In this document: in pieces, positions 1-9,698 of the stretch
Position numbering within the stretch: the first letter of the stretch is position 1
Layout of the letters: every line of letters starts with the position of its first letter
Sequence record: OR620964.1
Strand: one strand, 5' to 3'
Length of the DNA stretch: 64,000 nucleotides
Notes under the pieces: model-generated
Databases searched by the model: none
What the model was told of the DNA's origin: nothing
Seen by the model: the letters and a program-made list of their open reading frames with translations, nothing else
Position numbers and translations under genes: made by a program

Positions 1-615
1 TGCCGTCCTGCCATATGGCCTTTCTTCCAACTACACACTCATTACAAATGTGTAGTAAGCAGTCTTTCCAAGCTGTCTGGCGTCGATTACAGAATCCCCG
101 TTCCCGAACTAGAACAGGTCTAACTCTATATTCGCTCTTTATCGCCTACTCGCTAGAAGTTAGATAACACTCCGGTATAACTTTATAAGGTGGTTTTGAC
201 GAGTATCGATACCTGCGGCGGTTTAATATAACACCTTTACTTGCGCTTTGAGATAGATGCGGTAATAGAGAGAAGGCGCAAACCGCTAACATTTCTCTGA
301 ATCCCTTTTTATGCATCGTACCTCTCACATATGACTGAAAGCAAGAATACTTCCCACATACTCACTAAGCAACCAATGAGTATGAGGCAAGGTCTTTCCC
401 TTTGCTTGTCCCTCTATAGTTATGCAGTTAACATTACCTTTACTGGTAGGTACATTCTGCATTACTCGCGCCCTGAGCTAGGAATCGCCTACGGTAGGCA
501 GTACCCATGCGCGGAGTGCCGATGTTGTAACCCCACTAATTACATGACAAACAGAGTTGTACGGGGGATTCACTCCCTGTCAATCAATACGGCTATTCGG
601 GTGAACTAACATTAA
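1..615 (-). ncRNA. Candidate structured non-coding RNA (may continue beyond the left edge)
   Basis: No convincing ORF. Many complementary stems: 31-37/49-55, 187-192/232-237, 218-224/280-286, 339-344/402-407, 357-364/377-384, 449-453/501-505 and 487-492/494-499. It lies just downstream of a CTGTAAATA motif (630-638). Confidence 0.4.
146..328 (-). CDS. Doubtful 60-aa ORF, alternatively part of the structured RNA
   Basis: GTG start at 328, or ATG at 316 with a GAGAGG SD-like sequence. No recognisable motif; overlaps predicted RNA stems. Confidence 0.2.
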   Translation of the reverse strand: MRGTMHKKGFREMLAVCAFSLLPHLSQSASKGVILNRRRYRYSSKPPYKVIPECYLTSSE

Positions 616-629
616 CTCTTCTTAATTAG

Positions 630-638
630 TATTTACAG
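630..638 (-). promoter_or_regulatory. CTGTAAATA promoter-like motif, copy 1
   Basis: The same 9-mer recurs upstream of the ligase, the 209-aa gene, the helicase C-half, the clamp and the polymerase. Confidence 0.6.
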
Positions 639-663
639 TTTTGTCTCTATTCTTTATTTACAG

Positions 664-2433
664 TTATTCAGTGAAATCTTTACGCTGGACATTAGAATAA
701 TATGTCTCATACGGAGAGCCATACAATTCAGGGCCACGCTGCGCACGAACAGTAACCTTACCCGTGTGGATATCAACTGCGATAATCTCAACTGTAGGCT
801 GGATAGGCTTAATAGTCTTATAGATTGGCGTATTGAAGCGTGGGAAGTCAGTACGGAAAAGATCAATACTCTTATGTCCTTCTGAACTTAACGTAGGTAG
901 CTTGAAGCGAATCTCAGCAACCTTCTTACCACGAGCAATCTTAATATTCGCACGGGTCAGTGGCGCGCCAGCCCGTCGCATATATGCAAAGATACGTCGA
1001 GTAGCACCAACAACACGATCGTATGTGGCATCATCCATGTTCTCCGCACGGAATCGGACTGCATCTGTAGGCTGTGTTGTATCCAGCATCAGGCCAGTCA
1101 CAAAATATCCCTCAAGGATAAGACGGCGAATAGCATCTGCCACTGTCTTCTCATTGCCGCCATATGCTGGCACTTGGAAAGGAGGTGCATCAGTAAGAGG
1201 CTCTGGATACTGGGTCTTATCCAAATTTTTCTGTCCCATTTCAACAAGCTGAGAACCTTGCTTATACTTAGAATCCAACAGGCCAGTTGCTCTGATGATA
1301 ACAGCTTTACTCTTGCCTAAGTCTGCCAGCTCGTCGCTACTTAACGTAGTAAACAAACGATAGTCTACTGGATTACGATAGGTAGAGATAATGCTACGAA
1401 CTTCTGTCTGCAACGAGGCAATATCAGAGCCGAATACGATTCGACTTCTATTCGGTGTATTTAGACTGACAGGGAAGTACGCACCATATACTTGCGTCGC
1501 AACCTTCTTGCTTGAGGCAGGAGTTTTGACCTTTGTCGCATTCTCAAGTGCAGGCAGAGATACACCCACCAGCTTACCCTTGGCAATAGCTTTAGGATTA
1601 GATTCGATCTTTGTTGAAGACAGCACTTTATCCAGATCTGAGGTAGACAAGAACTTCTCTAATGGTACTGCTAAGTTCTGTGCCAGATAGTGCTTCTTGC
1701 GATATGAATAAATAACATCGCCTTTCTGCAACTGAATAGGCTGAGCCATACGACGCTGCACAACGCCTACAGGCGCGAAGGTGTTAGTCTTATCTGCCGC
1801 TACAATACCAAAAGGCTTAGGAGGAATAGACTGGCCGATGATATTCATCACACGCAAATGGCCGCGCACAATAAATTTAATACGAGGACTTTCTTTCTCA
1901 ATCAATTCGTAGCGATCACGATTGAGGTACGTAACACTGATAAGATCGCCTTTACTTAGTTCTAGGTCATACTCATCATTAGCATCATCGATAGTGATTT
2001 TCTTACCGTCATACTTGAACCATTGACGGGCAGCCGCAGAGATAGATTCAGTCACATGACTAAATGTTGCAGCAAGGTCTGACATATGCTGGCAGTAGAT
2101 ACGGGCAACACTTGTAAGCTCGGACGTATCAGGCAGCGCAATCTCAGCACGGTGATCTGGAAGTGCCACATGCAGAGTAGAGGAACTAGACATAAACACG
2201 GTAGTGTTTTCTGGCTTACCTGCAAATGTCAGACCGGTAATACGTTCTACGTCATTGGCACTAATACTAGGGAACGTTACGATTGACCCTGCAACAATCT
2301 CATGGATTTCGCCATTCTGCCACGCATATGCAGCACTCTCACTGCGTCCAGTAAATGCAGTTCCGTATTGTTTGACCGTTTTAGGATCAATGCCAAGCTC
2401 AAGAATCAGCTTGCTACTATTCTTAATAATCAT
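664..2433 (-). CDS. Hypothetical virion/internal head protein (589 aa) carrying the shared W-F-x-Y-x-G domain
   Basis: Long ORF. The segment WFKYDGKK...LSKGDLISV...Y aligns by eye with the proteins at 15378, 24039 and 31562. Confidence 0.6.
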   Translation of the reverse strand: MIIKNSSKLILELGIDPKTVKQYGTAFTGRSESAAYAWQNGEIHEIVAGSIVTFPSISANDVERITGLTFAGKPENTTVFMSSSSTLHVALPDHRAEIALPDTSELTSVARIYCQHMSDLAATFSHVTESISAAARQWFKYDGKKITIDDANDEYDLELSKGDLISVTYLNRDRYELIEKESPRIKFIVRGHLRVMNIIGQSIPPKPFGIVAADKTNTFAPVGVVQRRMAQPIQLQKGDVIYSYRKKHYLAQNLAVPLEKFLSTSDLDKVLSSTKIESNPKAIAKGKLVGVSLPALENATKVKTPASSKKVATQVYGAYFPVSLNTPNRSRIVFGSDIASLQTEVRSIISTYRNPVDYRLFTTLSSDELADLGKSKAVIIRATGLLDSKYKQGSQLVEMGQKNLDKTQYPEPLTDAPPFQVPAYGGNEKTVADAIRRLILEGYFVTGLMLDTTQPTDAVRFRAENMDDATYDRVVGATRRIFAYMRRAGAPLTRANIKIARGKKVAEIRFKLPTLSSEGHKSIDLFRTDFPRFNTPIYKTIKPIQPTVEIIAVDIHTGKVTVRAQRGPELYGSPYETYYSNVQRKDFTE

Positions 2434-2443
2434 TGGTTAGTCC

Positions 2444-2878
2444 CTAATAAGAGATTGGGCTATAGGATAGTTTCTGCAACATCCTCAGGTTGCCTAGCAG
2501 AAGACTATATGCTTGACTACCATACTGCGCTATCATAGCCACAGGTACGGTAGTACCGAAGTAGATTGCATTTTGCAGCAGGTCAGTTATCTCTGTTCCA
2601 ACGGATTTAAGATTGTCATTGACTATCCATGCCCAAGGTTCAGCCAAGAAACGACCTCCAACGTACTGTATACGATAGCCTACAGCAATCTGCTGATCTG
2701 CCTTGGGCAAGTAAGAGAAGATATCTGTTTTCAGACCCAGAGCCTTGCGCACAGAAAACAGTGTCATGGTTCTAAAACGTTGCTCGAACTGAGGAATATA
2801 CGCACTATCGTGGCAAATTTGTTTTAGAACCTTTTCCTGCCTGTCTCTAGATAGAGTGGCAAATAGGTTCAGTCGCAT
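2444..2878 (-). CDS. Hypothetical protein (144 aa)
   Basis: ORF tightly packed between neighbours on the coding strand. Confidence 0.6.
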   Translation of the reverse strand: MRLNLFATLSRDRQEKVLKQICHDSAYIPQFEQRFRTMTLFSVRKALGLKTDIFSYLPKADQQIAVGYRIQYVGGRFLAEPWAWIVNDNLKSVGTEITDLLQNAIYFGTTVPVAMIAQYGSQAYSLLLGNLRMLQKLSYSPISY

Positions 2879-3477
2879 ATATGATTTAATATCCCGCGAA
2901 CTACATCAGATACGGTCATGTCGTTTGTGTCTAACACTACGTCATAACCACCAGGTACGCTTTTATATCTGCCCAGCAATTCAGTAAAGGCAGATTCAGT
3001 TAGGCGCTGTTCGATATTATCCGTCTCAAGACTACGACGAGCACGACGAGCACAGGATGTCTCATAGCTACAGGTCAGTAGTGTTGTAAGACGGCGCGCA
3101 GGAGCCAACAACTTCCACGTAGATTCATAGACGCTTGCTGTTTCTTTATCAATAACCTGATACGCATACGTTGATGGGTATCCACGATCAGCAATAACGA
3201 TTGTGTTAGGCACAGTCATTGCTTTGGCAACAAGCTCCATTGTTGAAGCCCGTGCTGCCAGCAACATTAAAAGTTCTGACATACTGCCAATGTGATGGTC
3301 ACTATGCAAAACAATGTTACGTATATCCTCAGCTAGCGGCGTACTGCCAGGCTCTCGAATACGCACAACATTATATCCGCGCTTTTGAAGTATCTCAGTG
3401 AGTGAAGTACAGACAGTTGTTTTACCTGAACCGTCTGGTCCCTCAATGAGTAGATACATGGGAGTTGATTTAATCAT
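2869..3477 (-). CDS. tmk: Thymidylate kinase
   Basis: P-loop IEGPDGSGKTT, REPG motif, DRxxxSxxAYQ motif (ADRGYPSTYAYQ), 202 aa. Confidence 0.93.
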   Translation of the reverse strand: MIKSTPMYLLIEGPDGSGKTTVCTSLTEILQKRGYNVVRIREPGSTPLAEDIRNIVLHSDHHIGSMSELLMLLAARASTMELVAKAMTVPNTIVIADRGYPSTYAYQVIDKETASVYESTWKLLAPARRLTTLLTCSYETSCARRARRSLETDNIEQRLTESAFTELLGRYKSVPGGYDVVLDTNDMTVSDVVRGILNHICD

Positions 3478-3521
3478 GGGTTATCCTCACTGCATCACGA
3501 ATGACGCAGCATCTAATCCTG

Positions 3522-4013
3522 TTAGGCGAAACGGCCACCTCTCCAAGCGGCTTTAATAAGCATCTTAGCGATCGTTTCATTCTTCATTATTTTTCTACTG
3601 GCTCTGCGCATAACACGAGCACTGCCCAACCTATACACGACGATAAGACCACAACCCTGTTCTTCAATTCGGGCAATAATTCTATCTCCGTGCGATGCGT
3701 AGAGCGTTTCGTCAATCGCAAAATAAACACGCATAGCAAACGGCAGATACTTATGCCATTTTTTATCCGTATTGAAATCCTGCCAGCAGCTTTTGACCTC
3801 AGTGATAACTATATCAGACTTGGTATTTAAACACCAGACGTCTGCTCTAAGGTTACCGTGTTTGATTAGACCAAACTCTACGTGGCAGGAGTATCGTTTC
3901 TTGTTCCAGTACCCAACAATGCTTTCAGTAATGAAGTTAGTCTTATCGGGTCTGCTCATTGACACAAAATCTGCGACGGGCTTACACTTTACGCTGCCTC
4001 GTCCTCTAACCAT
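3522..4013 (-). CDS. MmcB-family DNA repair / PD-(D/E)xK endonuclease-like protein
   Basis: LRADVWCL...ITEVKSCWQDFNTDKKWHKYLPFAMRVYFA matches the MmcB pattern RAD...EVKSS..DF..D.KW..Y...C..FYFA. Confidence 0.8.
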   Translation of the reverse strand: MVRGRGSVKCKPVADFVSMSRPDKTNFITESIVGYWNKKRYSCHVEFGLIKHGNLRADVWCLNTKSDIVITEVKSCWQDFNTDKKWHKYLPFAMRVYFAIDETLYASHGDRIIARIEEQGCGLIVVYRLGSARVMRRASRKIMKNETIAKMLIKAAWRGGRFA

Positions 4014-4459
4014 TAACTATGTTTGGCCAGAAGTTTAAGGCCTTTCATCAGAATAGGCAGGAAGCCTTTGTCAATCTTGCTTACCGCTTTATCGACAGAG
4101 AACCATTTGCGGTCGCGCTGGTTAACTTCCATGTAGTCCTGTTTCAGCTTAGTTACATGCATCAAGTACCAAGTAACGTGCTGACGGCGACCTGTAGAAC
4201 CTTTCACGTATTCAGATTGACCAATCACCATACCAGGGCGTCCAATTGCTCCGGCTTCTTCATCTGCTTCTTTCAATGCAGACTCAATAAGAGATAGGTC
4301 AGGCTCAAGCCCACCTTTAGGCAATCCCCAATTGTTCGCATGTTTGGTTTTGATCATTAGTATCTCGATCTCACCTCCCTTAATACGATATGGAACAACG
4401 CCTGATTGAATACGTGCTGCTTTTTCTGCTTTGGCAGATAGTGAGATCATTATCTCCAT
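4013..4459 (-). CDS. NUDIX hydrolase
   Basis: Nudix box LPKGGLEPDLSLIESALKEADEEAG. N-terminus M-I-S-L-S-A. Confidence 0.92.
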   Translation of the reverse strand: MEIMISLSAKAEKAARIQSGVVPYRIKGGEIEILMIKTKHANNWGLPKGGLEPDLSLIESALKEADEEAGAIGRPGMVIGQSEYVKGSTGRRQHVTWYLMHVTKLKQDYMEVNQRDRKWFSVDKAVSKIDKGFLPILMKGLKLLAKHS

Positions 4460-4962
4460 TATAAGTAATCTCCACCACGAGGACGCGATTTATCATATCC
4501 CCATGCATTATCTTTCCAGTAGCCCATATCATTCAGGCAACGAACTGCATCAACAATCGATACCGAGGCTGCTACGTCCATAGACCAAGGAACATCTGAA
4601 TAAGGGATTAGGTAGGTGTATGCGACATTAGGAACATATGACATACGACTGCCTGAATTAGAATCAGCAACAGGACAGCCATCAGCATCGACAACAATGC
4701 AGTGGCCAGACAGACTTGATCCTAAAATAACAACGCGTAAATCTGGATGCTTACGGTAGTTACGCTGAATAAAGGAAGCAGCGTCATTAAAGCAAAGTGC
4801 CTTAGCTGCGGCACGACCACAGTTAGAGATAGAAGAAGCCTCTACTATAGAACGTGCACCAGTAAGGTTCATGGAAGCAGCAACTACCATCACAGCCAAG
4901 TCCTTAGGCGCTAGTTGTGTTGGATAGAATGTCGTGCCCCATGCTTCTTTCAAAGTTAACAT
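4459..4962 (-). CDS. Hypothetical protein (167 aa)
   Basis: ORF with GGAG SD; its stop overlaps the next start. Confidence 0.65.
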   Translation of the reverse strand: MLTLKEAWGTTFYPTQLAPKDLAVMVVAASMNLTGARSIVEASSISNCGRAAAKALCFNDAASFIQRNYRKHPDLRVVILGSSLSGHCIVVDADGCPVADSNSGSRMSYVPNVAYTYLIPYSDVPWSMDVAASVSIVDAVRCLNDMGYWKDNAWGYDKSRPRGGDYL

Positions 4963-4993
4963 GGTGTGTTCTCCGTTTGAATGTTACGCTGAT

Positions 4994-5004
4994 AAATTAG
5001 CGTC
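4994..5004 (-). promoter_or_regulatory. GACGCTAATTT late-promoter-like motif
   Basis: ACGCTAATTT also occurs at 18344-18353 and 48251-48260, upstream of both sheath genes. Confidence 0.45.
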
Positions 5005-5314
5005 ATTTGTTTGGACAGTCAAGCACTTGCTTCCGTTTGGCGTAGAATGATGGAGGTGCTGATCCAATGACAATACCAAGATTACACAGCTTGGCTTTGA
5101 CCCTGCTAACATTTAAGGACACACCACTGACATTAGTTAAAAAGCTAGATGCGAAATCACCACACAGGTGCAGCGTATGACCGTAATAAGGTTGATTCAG
5201 CTTTTTCTGTGTACGAGCAATAAGTGCCTGTATTGTTTTCGTATCTTCCTTAGTAACAGCTCTACCGCAGTACACATCAACATTCAACATTGTCATTAAT
5301 AAAGGCTTGCCCAT
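5003..5314 (-). CDS. Hypothetical protein (~100 aa)
   Basis: ORF in operon; exact start uncertain. Confidence 0.5.
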   Translation of the reverse strand: MGKPLLMTMLNVDVYCGRAVTKEDTKTIQALIARTQKKLNQPYYGHTLHLCGDFASSFLTNVSGVSLNVSRVKAKLCNLGIVIGSAPPSFYAKRKQVLDCPNK

Positions 5315-5930
5315 CTATTGCTCCAGCGTGGTTAACTACGTACTCGATATAGTACGGTGTCATGCCTAAGGCACGAGTATGATCGGAAATGCTGACACAT
5401 AGAGCATCAGCATTGAATACGAATTTACGCTCTAGATATAAGATATCAGGAACGTCTTGTCTATCCGTCACAACTTCATGGCCGTTAAGAATCCCGTTCT
5501 GGAAATCAAACAGTGCGATTCTACGCATATTGCCAACAGGCACCTGCATCGAGCGAAGTATATTCATGCCCTCGCATTCTTCGACAGTATACACCGATAC
5601 TCTTGTACTGAAATAAGAGGATAGGTGATTGCTAAGAGCATCACTAACCAATCCAATACGAGAAAGATCTTGGCTTACAATCTCAAGCCCAAAGCCATAG
5701 TATGGCATACTGAAATGCTCAAAATTGGCTATGGAACTATCGGCATCTAAGTGCATAGGCTGGTCGAAGAATACAAAAGCATTCTGTGCAACGAACTGCT
5801 GTATCTTTACAGCTCGCGATCCAGATTCTATCAAGTTGTCGAACTGGACAACAAACTCCATGTTACGTACCGCAGGCATACCTTCCTTTATATACGTAAC
5901 ACGTTGGGTAAATTGGTGTACAGTGCGCAT
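5277..5930 (-). CDS. Hypothetical protein (217 aa)
   Basis: ORF in operon. Confidence 0.65.
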   Translation of the reverse strand: MRTVHQFTQRVTYIKEGMPAVRNMEFVVQFDNLIESGSRAVKIQQFVAQNAFVFFDQPMHLDADSSIANFEHFSMPYYGFGLEIVSQDLSRIGLVSDALSNHLSSYFSTRVSVYTVEECEGMNILRSMQVPVGNMRRIALFDFQNGILNGHEVVTDRQDVPDILYLERKFVFNADALCVSISDHTRALGMTPYYIEYVVNHAGAIDGQAFINDNVEC

Positions 5931-5939
5931 ATCATGCCC

Positions 5940-6650
5940 TTACTTTCCAATATACTGGTTGGCGAAGAACGCCTCATTGTTAAAGAACTCTTCGAGCACT
6001 GTGTAGTCCAATGTGCCTACACCTACATGGCGCACAATACCTTGCTCAGGCGATAGACCTATATCCAGTATAGGATCGCAGCCAGGCACGATATCTTGGA
6101 TAATGAATATTGTCTGCCCTTTATACTCTTCCTTATCCGTAGATAACCAATGAGAGTGCATAGAACTATCAAGCTCAATGATATACACAAGAGCAAGGTG
6201 CTTGGCAGGTGTCTGCACTGTACTATGACCGAAGATATTCTCCAGTACATCTGCATGTGGGTTATCTAGAATAGTGATCTCAAGATCAGCAAAAGCCATA
6301 GGAAGAATATCAGTTAGCCAGGATTCAACGCTACAGCAAATGCAACTATATTTATCTTCCGCACTGGCTTTAATGAATGGAATCTTTCTGGCAAGAGGCT
6401 TTGAGAAAGTTAGTGTGAAGTGTTGGCTAGAAATAGTATACTTGCCCTCTTCTTCATGTTCTTCAACTTCATCATCATTGTCAAAATAGAAGATACTATT
6501 TGTGAGACACATCAGCGCCATGTTCATCCTCTCCAGGTTAGAAGCGTGATGCTCCTTAGTGCCGGATGAGGTGACACGCACATATGCATCTGTTAACTTA
6601 CCATTTACTATGTGCGTAATATTTACGTTCTGCGAAACAATGATATTCAT
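5940..6650 (-). CDS. Hypothetical protein (236 aa)
   Basis: ORF in operon downstream of the spike gene. Confidence 0.65.
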   Translation of the reverse strand: MNIIVSQNVNITHIVNGKLTDAYVRVTSSGTKEHHASNLERMNMALMCLTNSIFYFDNDDEVEEHEEEGKYTISSQHFTLTFSKPLARKIPFIKASAEDKYSCICCSVESWLTDILPMAFADLEITILDNPHADVLENIFGHSTVQTPAKHLALVYIIELDSSMHSHWLSTDKEEYKGQTIFIIQDIVPGCDPILDIGLSPEQGIVRHVGVGTLDYTVLEEFFNNEAFFANQYIGK

Positions 6651-6658
6651 GCCGTTTC

Positions 6659-7447
6659 CTAGTTAAGATTGATAGTCTGACCATTGACTGTGTACTCACC
6701 ACCAGCAGTGGTATCGATAGACCCTTTAACATCTAGTATATCTTTTCCATGTACAACAACTTTTCTATCGCCGTATACCTCAGTAGTCTGATTACCTCGG
6801 ACAGACGTATGCTGCGATCCTGCTTTAGCTCCTAAGAGACCAGGAAACTTAGCTCTGTTCTTTGGATCAGGCTTCAATGACTTGACCATATAGTTAGGGT
6901 CATTACGTATATAGTCAGGCACATCATTTTTAGTATCAGTCACAGCAATGGTCTGATTGCCTAGGATTGTCTGAAAGGCATCACCCATTATCACTACATG
7001 CCTATCACCAGGGTATATCACAATCGTCTCATTCGTTGAGCGGTCGTGAATATCCTGCTTACCGCTAGATAGATGATAGCCTATGCGATGAGGATAGTTG
7101 GTTTGGAATTCTGGTAGTTGGTCGGCCTGAGTCATTCGCACATTTGTGCTATACTCACCGGAATAAATGTCACCTGAGGGGAATTTAACACTGATTTTAG
7201 CATTTCGTTGAGGAATGTACTGAGTGCCAAATCGGGTCACCTCATTACCACCTTTATACCCCTCTAGGTGCTCTATAGTAGGCCGTAACCACGGTAGTTG
7301 CTCGTCCGGTATGTCATCCATGATTCCTGCGATACGTGCCCGAACCTGCATAATACGCTGTGGATCATTATTATCTGTTACTATGGCATCATATGACATC
7401 TGGGCATCGATGCCTTTCTTAGAGACATGCCCATTAAGTGGCATCAT
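6659..7447 (-). CDS. Baseplate central spike (T4 gp5 / P2 gpV / VgrG-like OB fold plus beta-helix)
   Basis: AIVTDNNDPQRIMQVRARI...LPWLRP is the typical gp5/gpV OB-fold start. The C-terminus has short V.G/T beta-repeats (VRGNQTTEVYGDRKVVVHG) and ends in INLN. Confidence 0.85.
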   Translation of the reverse strand: MMPLNGHVSKKGIDAQMSYDAIVTDNNDPQRIMQVRARIAGIMDDIPDEQLPWLRPTIEHLEGYKGGNEVTRFGTQYIPQRNAKISVKFPSGDIYSGEYSTNVRMTQADQLPEFQTNYPHRIGYHLSSGKQDIHDRSTNETIVIYPGDRHVVIMGDAFQTILGNQTIAVTDTKNDVPDYIRNDPNYMVKSLKPDPKNRAKFPGLLGAKAGSQHTSVRGNQTTEVYGDRKVVVHGKDILDVKGSIDTTAGGEYTVNGQTINLN

Positions 7448-9330
7448 GCGTTAGCCCTCGGTAGGTACATTTCCAATTTCTGCCCGTCTTTAGTTCCTGT
7501 CAGATTACTACCATCTACAGTACCATCGCCTAACGAACATAATAAGTTTCGAAGGTTCTCTTCTGCCTGACGGAGAAGCTGACTCAAGTTTGTACTTGGT
7601 CCCATGAGACTTCCGATAGAGAAGGCATCCATACATTTATCAGGCAGTGCATCATTAACGGACTTCTGTAGGTCATCAAGTTTATTACTGACACAGCGTT
7701 GATTAAGCTGAGGCCCATCTAAATAGGATGATGGTATATCACCACTAGAAATCAATCCATTTATATCACCAGTGAACGAACCTAACAGACCTTCCATGCT
7801 ATCAACACGAGAAGCCAATGCAGATAAAATAGTTGGACTCATATCAATAACAAGGTTAACACTAAGTTTCTCAAGCTGATTAAGTGCTTGGCACATTCCA
7901 CTTAGGAATCGGGCCATAGAGAACTCTTGCATCAGGCTGTTCAAATAGTCCACGCCTTCGCCGTACTTAGCCATTAGCTCAGGAAACTTGAACACATCAC
8001 TATCGAGTTGGAACTGGTCAAGCATTACGTTAAGTCTAAGGTCATGATTCTGTGATATAAAATCAATAACACTCGAACCATCAAGAGCTTGCTTGATATT
8101 TTCATTCAACTGGAATGGGCGCAGGATATTTGCAACGGAAGGTACAGGAACGTTGATTATGTTCTTACCACCACCAACGTTTGTTGTTCCAGCAACAGAT
8201 GTAAAGTTACGAGTAAGCAGAAATGCTTCGGCATAGATGTTGCCTATATAGCTTCTCGTCTTTCCAATAACTACCCAATTACCACTTGTCTTCTCGTCTG
8301 TATGAGAGGCGTTAACAGCAGTAGTGATTGTTGATTTAACTTCTACGCACTGGAATATTTCAATATTTGTTTCACCCATGATAAGCGCACGGGCTGTCTC
8401 AGTATACGCAAGAGACTGTCTCTTCCAGTTGTAGTAAGCAGGCAGATAGTTTTTATGCAGGTTAATATCAGTAGTATGCCGAGCATACGCCTGTCTCGTA
8501 CCGACAATACCATCACGCGTATCGGAGTTAACGTTGAGTGGATCTTTAGACATCACGCCTATGGATTTAAGCTCATTCGTTTTACCATCAGATGATGCCC
8601 ACAATAACTTCTCACCGTAGTTGGACACGCCGTTGAATACGCCACTAACAGACTTGGGTCTGAATTCATGCAGTTCGTACTCACCTGCACGTCTCTCCGT
8701 ATTAAAACAAAGTACGTGGTCGGGCTTACCCGTAAGCACTTTATTAATATCACGCACAAGCATACGCTTATCAGCAGTTAGTGCTATCTTGGGCAGTGCC
8801 TCATCTGATACCCACATATGCTGCTCTATTTCAGAACAGAATCGTTTTGGGCTTTGAGCCATACTAACCCACGTCATGTTATCTGTGGTCTTTACGTTGT
8901 TATCGAGCGTCAGGCCACATAGATTACATATCTTGGCAAGTGCATCAACCGATGTTCCTTGGATATGCAGACCCTTAGAGTCGTATACATAACGAGTTGC
9001 ATCAAAGATGGATAAGATACGCAGTAGCTTAGAGCCATCACCAGAATCCATTTCACGCACGGCACACACTTGGAAGTTTAGAGTTGTGATACTATCCTCA
9101 CTACTACCAAATGAGACTGTTACAATCGTACCATCTACTACTGCATGTGAGTCACGCAGCGCATTGTTCCTGTCCACTAACTCCATAACCAGTGCTGGAA
9201 TAGAGAACGTATTTTCAATCACATCCATTCTACGGATAAGATTAGGCGTAGGAGGAAGAGGCTTGCCATCAAGCTCAATGGCAAGAAATCCCTGTCCATG
9301 AACACCACCGCCAGTTTGTTCTTCGGCCAT
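7444..9330 (-). CDS. Baseplate hub protein (gp27/gpD-like) with C-terminal extension
   Basis: Immediately upstream of the spike; beta-rich N-terminal ~390 aa. The call rests mainly on synteny. Confidence 0.6.
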   Translation of the reverse strand: MAEEQTGGGVHGQGFLAIELDGKPLPPTPNLIRRMDVIENTFSIPALVMELVDRNNALRDSHAVVDGTIVTVSFGSSEDSITTLNFQVCAVREMDSGDGSKLLRILSIFDATRYVYDSKGLHIQGTSVDALAKICNLCGLTLDNNVKTTDNMTWVSMAQSPKRFCSEIEQHMWVSDEALPKIALTADKRMLVRDINKVLTGKPDHVLCFNTERRAGEYELHEFRPKSVSGVFNGVSNYGEKLLWASSDGKTNELKSIGVMSKDPLNVNSDTRDGIVGTRQAYARHTTDINLHKNYLPAYYNWKRQSLAYTETARALIMGETNIEIFQCVEVKSTITTAVNASHTDEKTSGNWVVIGKTRSYIGNIYAEAFLLTRNFTSVAGTTNVGGGKNIINVPVPSVANILRPFQLNENIKQALDGSSVIDFISQNHDLRLNVMLDQFQLDSDVFKFPELMAKYGEGVDYLNSLMQEFSMARFLSGMCQALNQLEKLSVNLVIDMSPTILSALASRVDSMEGLLGSFTGDINGLISSGDIPSSYLDGPQLNQRCVSNKLDDLQKSVNDALPDKCMDAFSIGSLMGPSTNLSQLLRQAEENLRNLLCSLGDGTVDGSNLTGTKDGQKLEMYLPRANA

Positions 9331-9332
9331 GA

Positions 9333-9698
9333 TTACTCCTCAGCATCAAGTTCCTGTGCGAGATCACGTAAACGCTTAGCCAGTATCTTAAGTTCAGATG
9401 CTTTAGGCTGCATGTTAAATCCACCACGAGCTGGCTTAATCTCAGCATCTTTCTTTGTATTGAACCACTTACGGAATGCAATAACTTTTTGCCCAGCCTC
9501 ATCTTCAACTAAGTCAACGGACAAGAAACCATGCTCACCTGTAGCAATACGGAAAACATCAGCGGCAGGGGCTGGTCGCTGTTTCTTCTCTGCTTTAGGC
9601 TCACGTACATCAGCTTTAGACTTCTTCTTTTTAACCACTTCTTTCTTATCGGACTTAGCTACCTTCTTGATCTTAATCCTGCCGTTGACTACTGCCAT
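9333..9698 (-). CDS. PC4/YdbC-like ssDNA-binding protein with Lys-rich N-terminal tail
   Basis: LSVDLVEDEAGQKVIAFRKWF...KPARGGFNM resembles the PC4 core (V....k..IdiRey......kPg.kGisL). Confidence 0.7.
   Translation of the reverse strand: MAVVNGRIKIKKVAKSDKKEVVKKKKSKADVREPKAEKKQRPAPAADVFRIATGEHGFLSVDLVEDEAGQKVIAFRKWFNTKKDAEIKPARGGFNMQPKASELKILAKRLRDLAQELDAEE

Noticed and set aside
1-328. Amber read-through or alternative genetic code, because the frame of the 60-aa ORF stays open past TAG at 146
   Set aside because: All other genes translate intact in the standard code, and TAG terminates real genes (for example at 9949 and 16616). The extended peptide shows no recognisable motif.
331-609. 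92-aa plus-strand ORF
   Set aside because: Opposite to the local transcription direction and the promoter motif, with no SD or motif; better explained by the structured region.
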